Shown here: positions 39,522 to 49,933 of the stretch, in pieces
Numbering within the stretch: the stretch's first letter is position 1
Layout: each line of letters opens with the position of its first letter
From: Chitinophagales bacterium
GTDB lineage: Bacteria > Bacteroidota > Bacteroidia > Chitinophagales > JADIYW01
NCBI GenBank assembly: GCA_046329775.1
Contig: JAXLTX010000003.1
Span: 405,391-469,390 of the forward strand
Direction: 5' to 3'
DNA length: 64,000 bases
Program-made: the position numbers and the translations under genes
The notes under the pieces: model-generated
The model's database searches: none
Told to the model about the DNA's origin: nothing
What the model saw: the letters and a program-made list of their open reading frames with translations, nothing else

Positions 39522-40378
39522 TGAAGCTGCCACTCAATATTGCCATTAGATTGCAATCCATGTTGCAGGGCGAAGAGATTCTGGCCAGCAGCATGAAACA
39601 GACACTGATATTGAAGATGGTAGATGATGGCGTGGTAAAGAGCAGATACATCAGCAAGACGAAACACCGCTATTATATTGACAATAAAGAAAATCTGGAA
39701 AATTATCTGTCTGTCGATTTTGGCATACGCAATTTATCCGAATATATACAGCAACTGAAAAATCCGGATATCACCCGAAGTGATGCCGTAAAGGTGGCAT
39801 CCGACTCAAAACTTAGAAACATCAGGACATTCAAAGGATTCCTGATCAACAGCCTCGAGCCGGTCTGCGTGAAGATGCGACAGCAGGAAATCACCTTGCA
39901 ACCGACAGACGGAATCTTTCATTTCATCCATGATTATGAATCCTTTGAAATACCCGCAAACATTACCGTAGTAGGCATTGAGAATGCGGAAAACTTCAGG
40001 CATATCAACAGGCAACAACAACTATTCCGCAACATAACACCGCTCTTCATTTCGCGCTATCCGCAAAACAAGGACGCCATCAGATGGCTGAAAAACATTC
40101 CGAACAACTATCTGCACTTCGGAGATCTTGATTTTGCAGGCATCCGTATTTTCATGCACGAATACAGGAAACACCTGGGCGACAGGGCAAAATTTTACAT
40201 TCCTGACAACATCGGATATCTGTTGAAAACCTACGGAAATGAAAGGCTGTACAATACCCAACTCTACAGACAACCTGCACTTGTGAGCGCGGACGATGCC
40301 GAACTTGCTGAACTCATCCGCCTGATGCATACAAATAAAAAAGGACTGGAACAGGAAGTTTTCATTAATTTAGATTGA
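39521..40378 (+). CDS. jetD: Toprim-domain nuclease subunit (JetD/MksG-like, short form)
   Basis: The ATG overlaps the jetC stop (TGATG). The Toprim acidic motifs are VVGIENAENF (Glu) and HFGDLDFAGIRIF (DxD), as in the JetD C-terminal (DUF2220) domain. At about 285 aa it is shorter than typical JetD proteins. Confidence 0.75.
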   Translation: MKLPLNIAIRLQSMLQGEEILASSMKQTLILKMVDDGVVKSRYISKTKHRYYIDNKENLENYLSVDFGIRNLSEYIQQLKNPDITRSDAVKVASDSKLRNIRTFKGFLINSLEPVCVKMRQQEITLQPTDGIFHFIHDYESFEIPANITVVGIENAENFRHINRQQQLFRNITPLFISRYPQNKDAIRWLKNIPNNYLHFGDLDFAGIRIFMHEYRKHLGDRAKFYIPDNIGYLLKTYGNERLYNTQLYRQPALVSADDAELAELIRLMHTNKKGLEQEVFINLD

Positions 40379-40390
40379 CGATACTTTCAG

Positions 40391-40993
40391 ATGTCTATAT
40401 TTCCTTTTCATAGAGATGAGAATCTATTGCCTTTCGGTGGCACCGTAAACTATTTCGGGAAAATATTTACCACTCAAGATGCCGACCATTACTTTCACAT
40501 TTTGATGAAGACCATTGACTGGCGAAATGATGAGGCTTTTATTTTCGGCAAACATATCATTACCGCACGCAAGGTAGCCTGGTATGCTGACAACACCATC
40601 CCATACACCTATTCTAACATTACCAAAACGGCCCTACCCTGGTCAAAGGAATTATCCGAGCTAAAGTTGATTACGGAACGGCTGACAAATTCATCCTTTA
40701 ATTCCTGCCTGTTGAACCTATATCACAATGGCAGTGAAGGCATGGCATATCACAGCGATGATGAAAAGTCACTGGCAAGGAACGGCACCATCGCATCATT
40801 GAGTTTCGGTGCAGAAAGAAAATTCCTGTTCAAACATAAGACCAACGGACATACCGTATCCATGCAGCTGGAACATGGCAGCCTGCTGCTTATGAAAGAT
40901 GAAACACAACAGAACTGGATGCATCGTCTGCCGACGACTTCAAAAATAAACTCAGCACGGATCAATCTGACTTTCAGACAAATGCTTATTTAA
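40391..40993 (+). CDS. alkB: AlkB-like Fe(II)/2-oxoglutarate-dependent dioxygenase (alkylation repair)
   Basis: This is a 200-aa ORF with LLNLYHNGSEGMAYHSDDE (HxD), WMHRL (distal His) and RINLTFR. It starts 12 nt after the jetD stop. Confidence 0.85.
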   Translation: MSIFPFHRDENLLPFGGTVNYFGKIFTTQDADHYFHILMKTIDWRNDEAFIFGKHIITARKVAWYADNTIPYTYSNITKTALPWSKELSELKLITERLTNSSFNSCLLNLYHNGSEGMAYHSDDEKSLARNGTIASLSFGAERKFLFKHKTNGHTVSMQLEHGSLLLMKDETQQNWMHRLPTTSKINSARINLTFRQMLI

Positions 40994-41032
40994 CCTACTG
41001 CTTTTTTTATTAAGTTTGTCTAAACCATTAAC

Positions 41033-41950
41033 ATGAAAATCAAAAAGTTTAATTGTATCAGTTGTGGCGCACCGAAAATAAATCCGTATGCATCACCCTA
41101 TATTGTTTGTGATTTCTGCGGTACATTTACCGATGTGGATTTTGAACAGGGTTTGGACGCCTGGAATAAAGACCCGAAGCGTACTGAAAATTACATGAAA
41201 GGAAAGATAAGATTTGAATCAGAACTGGCGGAACTGTTGGGGAAAGATAAAAGAGAAGGCTACAGGAAAGCGCAATCAGCATACTGGGATTTCTACTACA
41301 AGACTTATCCTGAATACCTGCCGCCCACCATCACTTCCGTTGAAAAATACAAACTGTATCTGGATATCTGTGCAGACGTCTCCACCTTCTATGCATTTGA
41401 TCCGGCTTGGGCAAAGAAGGCCGGCGAACAGGCGCTCTTACAACAGGGTATCTCTTATGGTGTGGAAGATGGAAAAACCTACGCTGATACCATTCCTTTT
41501 TTTAAATTAAGTGATTACTTCATCAACTATGTGAAAGAAGCCAATGCCGATTTTTATGCAAACCCCGATTACAGCATCATGCTGGAACTGCTTCCTCCCG
41601 ATGTGCACTTCAAGATGAAGATGTCAATGTTTGTTCAGGCATGGATTCCATACCTTCGGGCAAAAGATGCAGAACGGCTTTTACTGCAAACCGGCTTTAG
41701 CACTGAGTTTGTCGATGCAGAACCTGCAGAGGGAAAGCATCAGCCATGCCAGTTCTGTCAAAAAGATATTTTTGTATTGGATGGCGCATACAAGGCTATG
41801 TGTGAACACTGCCTGAAAGTAAATACCATCCGACAAGTGTTCCATTGTATTTCATGTGGCATGGAAAACCAGGTACCTGAGAATCCAGCCAAACCAATCA
41901 ATTGCACCTCTTGCGGAACAGAAAACCGGTTGATAAGAGGCTGGTTTTAG
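41033..41950 (+). CDS. Hypothetical protein with four CxxC...CxxC zinc-ribbon-like pairs
   Basis: This is a 305-aa ORF. The pairs are CISCGAP...CDFCGT at the N-terminus, and CQFCQ...CEHC and CISCGMEN...CTSCGTEN at the C-terminus. Confidence 0.6.
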   Translation: MKIKKFNCISCGAPKINPYASPYIVCDFCGTFTDVDFEQGLDAWNKDPKRTENYMKGKIRFESELAELLGKDKREGYRKAQSAYWDFYYKTYPEYLPPTITSVEKYKLYLDICADVSTFYAFDPAWAKKAGEQALLQQGISYGVEDGKTYADTIPFFKLSDYFINYVKEANADFYANPDYSIMLELLPPDVHFKMKMSMFVQAWIPYLRAKDAERLLLQTGFSTEFVDAEPAEGKHQPCQFCQKDIFVLDGAYKAMCEHCLKVNTIRQVFHCISCGMENQVPENPAKPINCTSCGTENRLIRGWF

Positions 41951-41966
41951 CAAATGCGGTTCGATT

Positions 41967-41987
41967 CTTTTCAGCTTCACTGAAAAG
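41967..41987. terminator. Hairpin between convergent genes (zinc-ribbon gene and purD)
   Basis: The 8-bp stem cttttcag / ctgaaaag has the loop cttca. Confidence 0.45.
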
Positions 41988-41992
41988 ATATT

Positions 41993-43267
41993 TTACAGGT
42001 CAAATCCAATATCTCTTCGGTAATATTTACCCTCATATTTTATTTTTGCAGCACTTTCATTCGAACGTTCAATCGCTTTTTTCCAATCTGCATGCAGGGA
42101 TGTAACGGCTAAAACCCTTCCTCCGCTTGTGATCAGATTTCCACTTTCGTCCTGTCTGGTACCGCAATGAAATACAATGGAATCCTTCACCTCCTCAATT
42201 CCTGAAATCACTTTTCCTTTCTCAAAATCCTGCGGATATCCGCCACTCGCCAAGATGATTGTAGTAGCGGCACGTTCATCTATTTCTAAGTGCACCGATG
42301 CGAGCGCTCCATTTGCCGTTTTTTCAAAGACGTCCACAATATCATTTTTCCACCTTGGAAAAACCGCTTCCGTCTCCGGATCACCCATTCGACAATTGTA
42401 TTCGACCACTTTCAGTTCTCCCGTTTTCAGATACATCAGACCAACATACACAAAACCAATGTACACAATCCCATCTTGCTGAAAGCCAGCTATGGTGGGT
42501 TTAACAATCGTTTCTTCCACGACCTGCATCATGTCTTCTGTTACAAACGGTGGCGGTGAGACGGCACCCATGCCGCCGGTATTCAAACCGGTATCTCCTT
42601 CCCCGATGCGTTTGTAATCCTTGGCGGTTGGCAATAGCTTATATTCTTTTCCGTCTGTCAGGACGAATACGGAAAATTCAATGCCATCCATGAATTCCTC
42701 AATCACCACTTTGGCACTGGCATCTCCGAACTTTCCCCCCAGCATTTCTTTGAACTCCGCTTTTGCTTCTTCAATACTCTGGCAAATCAACACCCCTTTT
42801 CCGGCAGCCAATCCATCCGCTTTCAAAACAATCGGCGTTTTTTGTTTTTCAATATACGCCAAACCTTCCCCGACGGTAGCTTGCGTAAATTCTGCATACG
42901 CGGCTGTCGGAATATCGTGCCGCAGCATAAATGCTTTGGAAAATGCCTTACTGCCTTCCAGCTGTGCACCCGTTTTTGACGGTCCGATTACAGGAATATT
43001 TTTTAGTTCCGCATCATTTTCGAAAAAATCAAAAATACCTTCAACCAAAGGCGCCTCCGGCCCCACGATGACCATTTCAACATTATTTTCCAGTACGAAT
43101 GCTTTTATAGCCGGAAAATCTGTTGCAGAGATATGCACATTTGTACCAAATGCTGAAGTTCCGGGATTTCCGGGTGCAATAAACAACTTCGTACATTTTG
43201 CGCTTTGGGCTATTTTATAGGCAAAAGCATGTTCTCTTCCACCGGAACCGAGTAATAAAAGGTGCAT
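41993..43267 (-). CDS. purD: Phosphoribosylamine--glycine ligase
   Basis: The sequence MHLLLLGSGGREHAF... has an ATP-grasp layout. The start was taken at the ATG at 43267 inside the longer ORF. Confidence 0.9.
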   Translation of the reverse strand: MHLLLLGSGGREHAFAYKIAQSAKCTKLFIAPGNPGTSAFGTNVHISATDFPAIKAFVLENNVEMVIVGPEAPLVEGIFDFFENDAELKNIPVIGPSKTGAQLEGSKAFSKAFMLRHDIPTAAYAEFTQATVGEGLAYIEKQKTPIVLKADGLAAGKGVLICQSIEEAKAEFKEMLGGKFGDASAKVVIEEFMDGIEFSVFVLTDGKEYKLLPTAKDYKRIGEGDTGLNTGGMGAVSPPPFVTEDMMQVVEETIVKPTIAGFQQDGIVYIGFVYVGLMYLKTGELKVVEYNCRMGDPETEAVFPRWKNDIVDVFEKTANGALASVHLEIDERAATTIILASGGYPQDFEKGKVISGIEEVKDSIVFHCGTRQDESGNLITSGGRVLAVTSLHADWKKAIERSNESAAKIKYEGKYYRRDIGFDL

Positions 43268-43417
43268 TTTCTGATTTTTCTGCAAAATAACTCCTTTTAA
43301 ACGGAATGCCATTTTGTCTTTGGAACTTTTTTTGCACAGAGTAAGTGATTTCACTTTTATTATCATTCAAAATGAGGGTAAAATGTTAACTTTGCAACCT
43401 ATTTATACAATATTATC

Positions 43418-46400
43418 ATGTTAAACTTCTTACAGAAAGGATTATCCAAAATTTTCGGCAGCAAATCAAATCGTGACGTAAAGTCAGTTGAACCCATTGT
43501 CGCTGAGATAAATGAGCATTTTTTGTCGTATCAGAATTTCACACACGACGAATTGCGCCAGAAAACACAGGATTTTAAATACAGGATCCAGCAATACTTG
43601 TCAGAAATTGATCAGCAAATCAATGAGCTGACGGAAAAAGCAGAGACACAGGAGCTGGATTTAGACGAAAAAGAGTCCGTCTTCGGTCAGGTAGATAAAT
43701 TAAAGAAAGAACGCGATGAAGCGATTGAAGAGGTTTTAAATGAAATCCTGCCGGAAGCTTTCGCTGTAGTAAAAGAGGCATCCCGTCGTTTTTCCACCAA
43801 CGAATTCATCCATGTCAAAGCCACGCAATTGGACAAGGATCTTGCGGTAAAAAATCCTCATATCAAGATAGAAGGCGATGAAGCCATCTATCCAAATAAA
43901 TGGACCGCTGCGGGAGGTGAAATCACCTGGAACATGGTTCACTATGATGTTCAGCTGATTGGAGGTATCGTATTGCACCGCGGAAAAATTTCCGAAATGG
44001 CAACAGGGGAAGGTAAGACTTTAGTATCCACTTTACCGGCTTACCTGAATGCGCTGGCCGGTTGCGGCGTTCACATCGTAACGGTGAATGATTATCTTGC
44101 GCGTCGTGACTCTGAATGGAATGGCATGTTATTCAATTTCCTGGGTCTTACCGTAGATTGTATTGACAAACACGAACCACACACGGAGGGCAGAAAAAAT
44201 GCCTATTTAGCAGACATCACCTACGGTACCAACAACGAATTTGGTTTCGATTACCTACGCGACAACATGGTGCGTGCCGCCGACGAACAGGTACAGCGCA
44301 AGCTTCATTTCGCCATGGTGGATGAGGTTGACTCCGTATTGATTGATGATGCAAGAACACCCCTGATTATTTCAGGCCCTGTACCGAAAGGCGAAGAACA
44401 GATGTTTCAGGAACTGAAACCGAGAATTGAACGTCTGGTGGCGGCACAAAAAAGAGCGGCACAACAGTTCTTACTGGATGCAAAGAAAATGATTGCAGAG
44501 GGCAATACAGGTCCGAAAGAAGGCGAAGGTGGATTGGCTTTACTGCGTGCGCACCGAGGATTACCTAAAAACAGCGCGCTCATCAAATTCCTGAGCGAAC
44601 CGGGCAATAAGCAAATCCTGATGAAGACGGAGAATTACTATCTCCAAGATCAGCAAAAAGAAATGCCGACATGTGATGCGGCATTATACTTTGTCATAGA
44701 TGAAAAAAACAATCAGATTGACCTTACGGATAAAGGGATTGAACTGATCACCTCTTCCGGCGAAGAGAAGGATTTCTTTGTTATGCCGGATGTCGGCGCT
44801 CTGATTGCGGAGGTGGAACACGAAGCTTTATCTCACGAAGAAAAATTGAAAAAGAAAGATGAGATCCTGCTGGATTTCAATATAAAATCGGAACGTCTGC
44901 ATACCGTTAACCAATTGCTGAAAGCCTACTGCTTGTTCGACAAGGACATCGAGTATGTGATCATGGATGGCAAAGTGAAAATCGTGGATGAACAGACCGG
45001 CCGTATCATGGAAGGCCGCCGCTACAGCGACGGATTGCATCAGGCGATTGAGGCCAAAGAGAATGTAACGATAGAAGCGGCTACTCAAACCTTTGCCACC
45101 ATCACCCTGCAGAATTTCTTCCGTATGTATCACAAACTTTGCGGCATGACGGGTACTGCAGAAACGGAAGCGGCAGAGTTCTGGGAAATCTATAAACTGG
45201 ATACGGTCGTGGTGCCGACAAATAAACCAACCTTGCGTGAAGACAAAGAAGACCTCATCTTCAAGACCAAGCGCGAAAAATATACTGCCATCATTGAAGA
45301 AATCATCCGATTGAAAGAAGCAGGCCGACCTGTTTTAGTAGGTACTACCAATGTGGAAGTATCGGAATTGCTGAGCAAAATGCTGAGCATGCGAAAGATT
45401 CCGCATAATGTATTGAATGCGAAACAACATCAGCGTGAAGCGGAGATAGTGGCGCAAGCCGGTTTGAGCGGACAAATCACCATCGCCACCAATATGGCGG
45501 GCCGTGGTACGGATATCAAACTCGGAGCCGGCGTAAAAGAATTGGGCGGTCTGGCCATCATCGGTTCCGAACGTCACGATTCACGTCGTGTAGACAGGCA
45601 GTTACGTGGTCGTGCCGGACGTCAGGGTGATACAGGTTCTACACAGTTCTATTCATCATTGGAGGACGACCTGATGCGTCTATTCGGATCCGACAGGATT
45701 GCCGGTATGATGGACAAGATGGGCTATAAGGAAGGTGAAGTGATTCAACATTCCTTGGTAACAAAATCCATCGAGCGTGCACAGAAAAAAGTGGAAGAAA
45801 ACCACTTCGGTACCCGTAAACGATTGTTGGAATATGATGACGTGATGAATGCGCAGCGTGAAGTGATATACAAACGCAGACAACATGCGCTGATTGGTGA
45901 GCGTATCACGTTCGACCTGATCAATATGTACTACGATTTGAGTTTTGAAGTGTGTAACGACGCTAAGATTTCACAGGATATTGAAGCATTCAAGCTGGAT
46001 GCAATCCGTTTCCTTTCTGTAGACACCTCCATTTCAGCCGAAGATCTGAAAAATAAAAATGTCAATCAACTGGCAGACCATCTCTATCATGAAGTGTATG
46101 AAAAATACCTGCGCAAATCCGAATCGATTTCACAGGAGGCCTATCCGATCATAAAAGATGTGTTTGAACGTCAGGGCAGCCAGTTCCAGAACATCGTTAT
46201 TCCGTTGACAGACGGCAGCAGAAACATCAACATCATTGCCAATCTGGAGAAAGCCTATAACAGCAAAGGAAAGGAACTGGTGAAAGTATTTGAACAGAAC
46301 ATCATTTTATCCTTTATCGATCATCACTGGAAAGACCATTTACGTCAGATGGATGAATTGAAACATTCCGTACAGATGGCGGTACACGAACAGAAAGATC

Positions 46401-46738
46401 CATTGTTGATTTTTAAATTCGAAGCGTTTGAATTATTCAAGCAGATGTTATCCGCCATCAACAAGGATGTGACCACCTTCCTGATGAAAGGTTCTTTGCC
46501 GGTGCAGGATCCGACGCAGATTCAGCAGCACAGACAAATGAAGAGAGTGGTGGAGAAAACGAAAGAATCTCGCGGCGACGGCACGGTGGAAGATGAATAC
46601 AATGGCGGTGAAGCTGCCACTGATACACGCGAGAAACAGCAGCCGGTGCGTGCAGAAGTGAAAATCGGACGGAACGATCCTTGTCCTTGCGGAAGCGGCA
46701 AGAAATTCAAGGTCTGCCATGGAAAGGATATGGCATAA
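43418..46738 (+). CDS. secA: Preprotein translocase ATPase SecA
   Basis: This is a 1106-aa ORF with MATGEGKTL, the [23 protein letters not shown]-like motor, and the C-terminal zinc finger [14 protein letters not shown]. Confidence 0.95.
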   Translation: MLNFLQKGLSKIFGSKSNRDVKSVEPIVAEINEHFLSYQNFTHDELRQKTQDFKYRIQQYLSEIDQQINELTEKAETQELDLDEKESVFGQVDKLKKERDEAIEEVLNEILPEAFAVVKEASRRFSTNEFIHVKATQLDKDLAVKNPHIKIEGDEAIYPNKWTAAGGEITWNMVHYDVQLIGGIVLHRGKISEMATGEGKTLVSTLPAYLNALAGCGVHIVTVNDYLARRDSEWNGMLFNFLGLTVDCIDKHEPHTEGRKNAYLADITYGTNNEFGFDYLRDNMVRAADEQVQRKLHFAMVDEVDSVLIDDARTPLIISGPVPKGEEQMFQELKPRIERLVAAQKRAAQQFLLDAKKMIAEGNTGPKEGEGGLALLRAHRGLPKNSALIKFLSEPGNKQILMKTENYYLQDQQKEMPTCDAALYFVIDEKNNQIDLTDKGIELITSSGEEKDFFVMPDVGALIAEVEHEALSHEEKLKKKDEILLDFNIKSERLHTVNQLLKAYCLFDKDIEYVIMDGKVKIVDEQTGRIMEGRRYSDGLHQAIEAKENVTIEAATQTFATITLQNFFRMYHKLCGMTGTAETEAAEFWEIYKLDTVVVPTNKPTLREDKEDLIFKTKREKYTAIIEEIIRLKEAGRPVLVGTTNVEVSELLSKMLSMRKIPHNVLNAKQHQREAEIVAQAGLSGQITIATNMAGRGTDIKLGAGVKELGGLAIIGSERHDSRRVDRQLRGRAGRQGDTGSTQFYSSLEDDLMRLFGSDRIAGMMDKMGYKEGEVIQHSLVTKSIERAQKKVEENHFGTRKRLLEYDDVMNAQREVIYKRRQHALIGERITFDLINMYYDLSFEVCNDAKISQDIEAFKLDAIRFLSVDTSISAEDLKNKNVNQLADHLYHEVYEKYLRKSESISQEAYPIIKDVFERQGSQFQNIVIPLTDGSRNINIIANLEKAYNSKGKELVKVFEQNIILSFIDHHWKDHLRQMDELKHSVQMAVHEQKDPLLIFKFEAFELFKQMLSAINKDVTTFLMKGSLPVQDPTQIQQHRQMKRVVEKTKESRGDGTVEDEYNGGEAATDTREKQQPVRAEVKIGRNDPCPCGSGKKFKVCHGKDMA

Positions 46739-46770
46739 GAATTGAAGATATCCTGTATAAATAGTATTGA

Positions 46771-47199
46771 ATGAAATTTTTATTTACTGCATTTTGTCTG
46801 ACGGCAGCCGTTTTGTTTGCGAAGCCTGCCGATAATGATTCCACAGAAATCAGGAATAATATTTTATTCTTTAAAGATCCACGAGTGGACGTACTGCAGA
46901 AAATGTATATGCGCAAACCGGTCAATACCAAAAAGGCCATCCGTGTACAGATTTTTCAGGCAGCCGCCCGTGATAAGATTTTTGAAGCAAAAGCGCAGTT
47001 TTCCGCCCGTTTTCCCGGAATCCCCACCTTTGTAACCTATGCACCACCAAATTTCAAACTGAGAGTAGGTGAATTTGAAACGCAGGGTGAAGCCTATAAA
47101 TTCATGCAGCAGCTGAAACCTTATTTTCCCACAAGTTTTGTGATAGAAGAGAAAGGGAAAGATGACGATGATAAGACGAAGCCGAAGAAAGGGAATTAG
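46771..47199 (+). CDS. SPOR-domain (peptidoglycan-binding) protein
   Basis: This is a 142-aa ORF with a signal peptide. The C-terminal segment IRVQIF...FKLRVGEFETQGEAYKF resembles a SPOR fold. Confidence 0.55.
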   Translation: MKFLFTAFCLTAAVLFAKPADNDSTEIRNNILFFKDPRVDVLQKMYMRKPVNTKKAIRVQIFQAAARDKIFEAKAQFSARFPGIPTFVTYAPPNFKLRVGEFETQGEAYKFMQQLKPYFPTSFVIEEKGKDDDDKTKPKKGN

Positions 47200-47260
47200 G
47201 ATCTAAAATTCGGTTTCAAAACAAATCAAAAACAATAAAATAATCTGTTTTTAGAGCTTT

Positions 47261-47623
47261 TTACAGTAAAAAGGCTGCTAATAAGAAAATGGCAAATGTT
47301 ATTACTAAGTATAAGTAAACCCACTTATCATTTTTATATTCAAAAGTATTATTTAAGCAATTAACCAATTCTGCTTTATTTCGAAACAGACTATTAATGA
47401 TTACCAGTAACCCAAAAAGTAAAATGGTTAATAATGTACTATACCTTTTAAATACACCAATTACCAAAGGTAATAGCGAAAAATAATCTGCTATTTTTAA
47501 AAGTGCTAACAGATTTATAAGTATTAATAATGATATGTTCAGCGTAGCCGTAAAATGTTGAACATACCTTATTGATTTGCTCTTTCTAATAAAGAAACAA
47601 TGTAGGTACGATATTATATTCAT
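47261..47623 (-). CDS. Small polytopic membrane protein, low-GC orphan
   Basis: This is a 120-aa ORF with 3-4 hydrophobic helices. Its composition is visibly more AT-rich than its neighbours. Confidence 0.4.
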   Translation of the reverse strand: MNIISYLHCFFIRKSKSIRYVQHFTATLNISLLILINLLALLKIADYFSLLPLVIGVFKRYSTLLTILLFGLLVIINSLFRNKAELVNCLNNTFEYKNDKWVYLYLVITFAIFLLAAFLL

Positions 47624-47689
47624 TTGCTCTTATTTCTTGTTGAAAAACAGAGATTGGAATCAATTCATATTTAGCAATAACATATTACA

Positions 47690-49933
47690 CTAATACTCCG
47701 AATCAGGGGCTTCTTCATCCACCTGCCCCCAGTTGCCGGCATCGCCGCCACTGATGAGTGAACCGCTGCCGTCTTCACACAAGTCTTTCACCAATGTAGA
47801 ATCGGACGGAAGGAAGAACTTGGCATTCTTGTCCAGCGCAAGTCTCGGATCGCTGTATGCTTTTTGCATGAACATCCCCCAAACAGGCATTGCGGCATGC
47901 CCCCCCTGTCCGGTACTGGTGTACAGAAAACGCAGCAGCGGATCATCGCAGCCTACCCATACGCCGGCCAGCAATTGCGGAGTAAATCCGATAAACCAGG
48001 CATCCGTATTCTTATTGGTCGTCCCCGTCTTTCCAGCCTTGTCTACCGGATAATTGAAATATGCCGGAAGCGAAGCTCCCGTACCGCCCGGTGAAACAGG
48101 CCCTTTCATGATCTGACACATCTTATAGGCGGTATTGTCACTGAAGACTTCTTTCATCTCTGTGGTAAAGTTCTGGATGACATTACCATCCTTGTCATCT
48201 ATTCGCATCAGGTATTGCGGTTTGGTGCTGATACCCGCATTGATGAAGGTGCTGTACACCGTCATCATTTCATATAAAGAGATCTCTCCTGCTCCCAAGC
48301 AAATGGATGGCACCGTAGGTATATTGGAGGTGATGCCCATTTTATGTGACAAATCCACAAGCGCTTCCGGTCCGAAATTCTTCATCATATAGGCTGCGGC
48401 CGTATTGATAGAATGCGCCAGACAAACTTTCATCGGATAGGAACCGCCGTATCTGCCCGAGTTCTTAGGCTGCCACACCGTTCCCTGATAGGTTACGGTT
48501 ATCGGTCCGGTCGGAATCTGCATACAAGGCGACCATCCGTTATCTATCGCCAGTGCATATTGAACCGGCTTAAAGGTGGAACCTACCTGGCGTTTGGTGT
48601 TCACATTACAGTGGTCATATTTGAAATATTCAAACTTTGGTCCGCCTACCCAGGCACGCACATAGCCCGTATAGGGCTCCACCACCATAAAGCCAATCTG
48701 CAAAAATGACTTGTAGTATTTCACAGAATCATACGGTGTCAGCGTAGTGTCTTTCATACCTTTATAAGTAAAAACTTTCATTCGATGCTTGTCCGTCTTG
48801 AAATTATTCAGTATCTCCTTCTCGTTGAGTCCCTGTTCTTTCAATGCAGCCCAGCGGTATGTGTATTTGCAGGCTGTTTCGAGGATATGCTTACCATCCT
48901 TGGTTTCCCATGGTTTCCAGCCACCGGCAAACTGCGAATTGAAGATTCCCTGATATTTTGACAAATGTTGGGTTGCCGCCTCTTCCGCATATTTCTGCAT
49001 ACGGGTATCAATGGTCGTATAAATCTTTAATCCGTCAGTATAGATATTGTATTCCTCTCCGTTTTGTTTCTTGTTTTCTTTTGCCCACTTTTTCAGCTCT
49101 TCGGCTACCACCATTCTGAAATATGGCGCCAGACCGTCATTGGCGGTTTCAGGATGAAAATCCAGTTCGATTGGTTTGTCTTTCAATGCATTAAACTGCG
49201 CCTCGGTGATATCACCCTGCTCCATCAGTTTGCGCAAAACGGTGGCACGTCGCTCACGTGTTCTCTTTTCAAATCTGCGCGGATTGTAGTAAGACGGATT
49301 CTGCAGCATGCCGACAAACATGGCGGCTTCCTCCACCGTTAAATCTTTAGGTTGTTTATTGAAATAGATCCTGGAAGCACTTTCAATTCCTACGGCATTA
49401 TTGACGAAATCAAAGGTATTGAAATACATGGCGATGATCTCTTCCTTAGTGTAACGTCTTTCCAGCATGATGGAAATCACATATTCCTTCGCTTTCTGCA
49501 TCACACGTTGCACGATATTTCTGGCTCTGTTGTGAAACATATTTTTTGCCAGCTGTTGTGTGATGGTACTACCGCCGCCACTTTTTCCTAAAGTAATGAT
49601 CGCCCGGAATGTTCCCAGAAAATCAATACCGGAATGTTCATAAAAACGTTCATCCTCATTTGCCACCAAGGCTTTTGGCAGGTATGCCGGCAAGTCATCG
49701 TAAGATATGTTGCTTCGGTTGTCCACAAAATATTTCCCAATCAGTACAGAATCCGCCGAGTATATTTCGGAAGCCAGATTGGCAGACGGATTTTCGAGTT
49801 CTTCAAAGCTTGGCAGACTGCCGAACAGGCCTATTCTCACCAGTGTGAAGAATAAAATAATACTCAGCACAAATCCTCCAAAAAGTTTCCATAAATTCTT
49901 AGGCTCCTTCAGCCATTCAATTGCTCTGTTCAT
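47690..49933 (-). CDS. mrcA: Class A penicillin-binding protein 1A (glycosyltransferase plus transpeptidase)
   Basis: This is a 747-aa ORF. The GT51 motifs are EDERFYEHSGID and GGSTITQQLAKN. The transpeptidase motifs are STFKP and KTGTTN. Confidence 0.9.
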   Translation of the reverse strand: MNRAIEWLKEPKNLWKLFGGFVLSIILFFTLVRIGLFGSLPSFEELENPSANLASEIYSADSVLIGKYFVDNRSNISYDDLPAYLPKALVANEDERFYEHSGIDFLGTFRAIITLGKSGGGSTITQQLAKNMFHNRARNIVQRVMQKAKEYVISIMLERRYTKEEIIAMYFNTFDFVNNAVGIESASRIYFNKQPKDLTVEEAAMFVGMLQNPSYYNPRRFEKRTRERRATVLRKLMEQGDITEAQFNALKDKPIELDFHPETANDGLAPYFRMVVAEELKKWAKENKKQNGEEYNIYTDGLKIYTTIDTRMQKYAEEAATQHLSKYQGIFNSQFAGGWKPWETKDGKHILETACKYTYRWAALKEQGLNEKEILNNFKTDKHRMKVFTYKGMKDTTLTPYDSVKYYKSFLQIGFMVVEPYTGYVRAWVGGPKFEYFKYDHCNVNTKRQVGSTFKPVQYALAIDNGWSPCMQIPTGPITVTYQGTVWQPKNSGRYGGSYPMKVCLAHSINTAAAYMMKNFGPEALVDLSHKMGITSNIPTVPSICLGAGEISLYEMMTVYSTFINAGISTKPQYLMRIDDKDGNVIQNFTTEMKEVFSDNTAYKMCQIMKGPVSPGGTGASLPAYFNYPVDKAGKTGTTNKNTDAWFIGFTPQLLAGVWVGCDDPLLRFLYTSTGQGGHAAMPVWGMFMQKAYSDPRLALDKNAKFFLPSDSTLVKDLCEDGSGSLISGGDAGNWGQVDEEAPDSEY

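Noticed and set aside
41950-41975. A T-loop-like GGTTCGATTC sequence suggesting a tRNA.
   Set aside because: No acceptor, D or anticodon stems can be drawn around it. It sits in the short spacer between convergent genes and overlaps the terminator hairpin.
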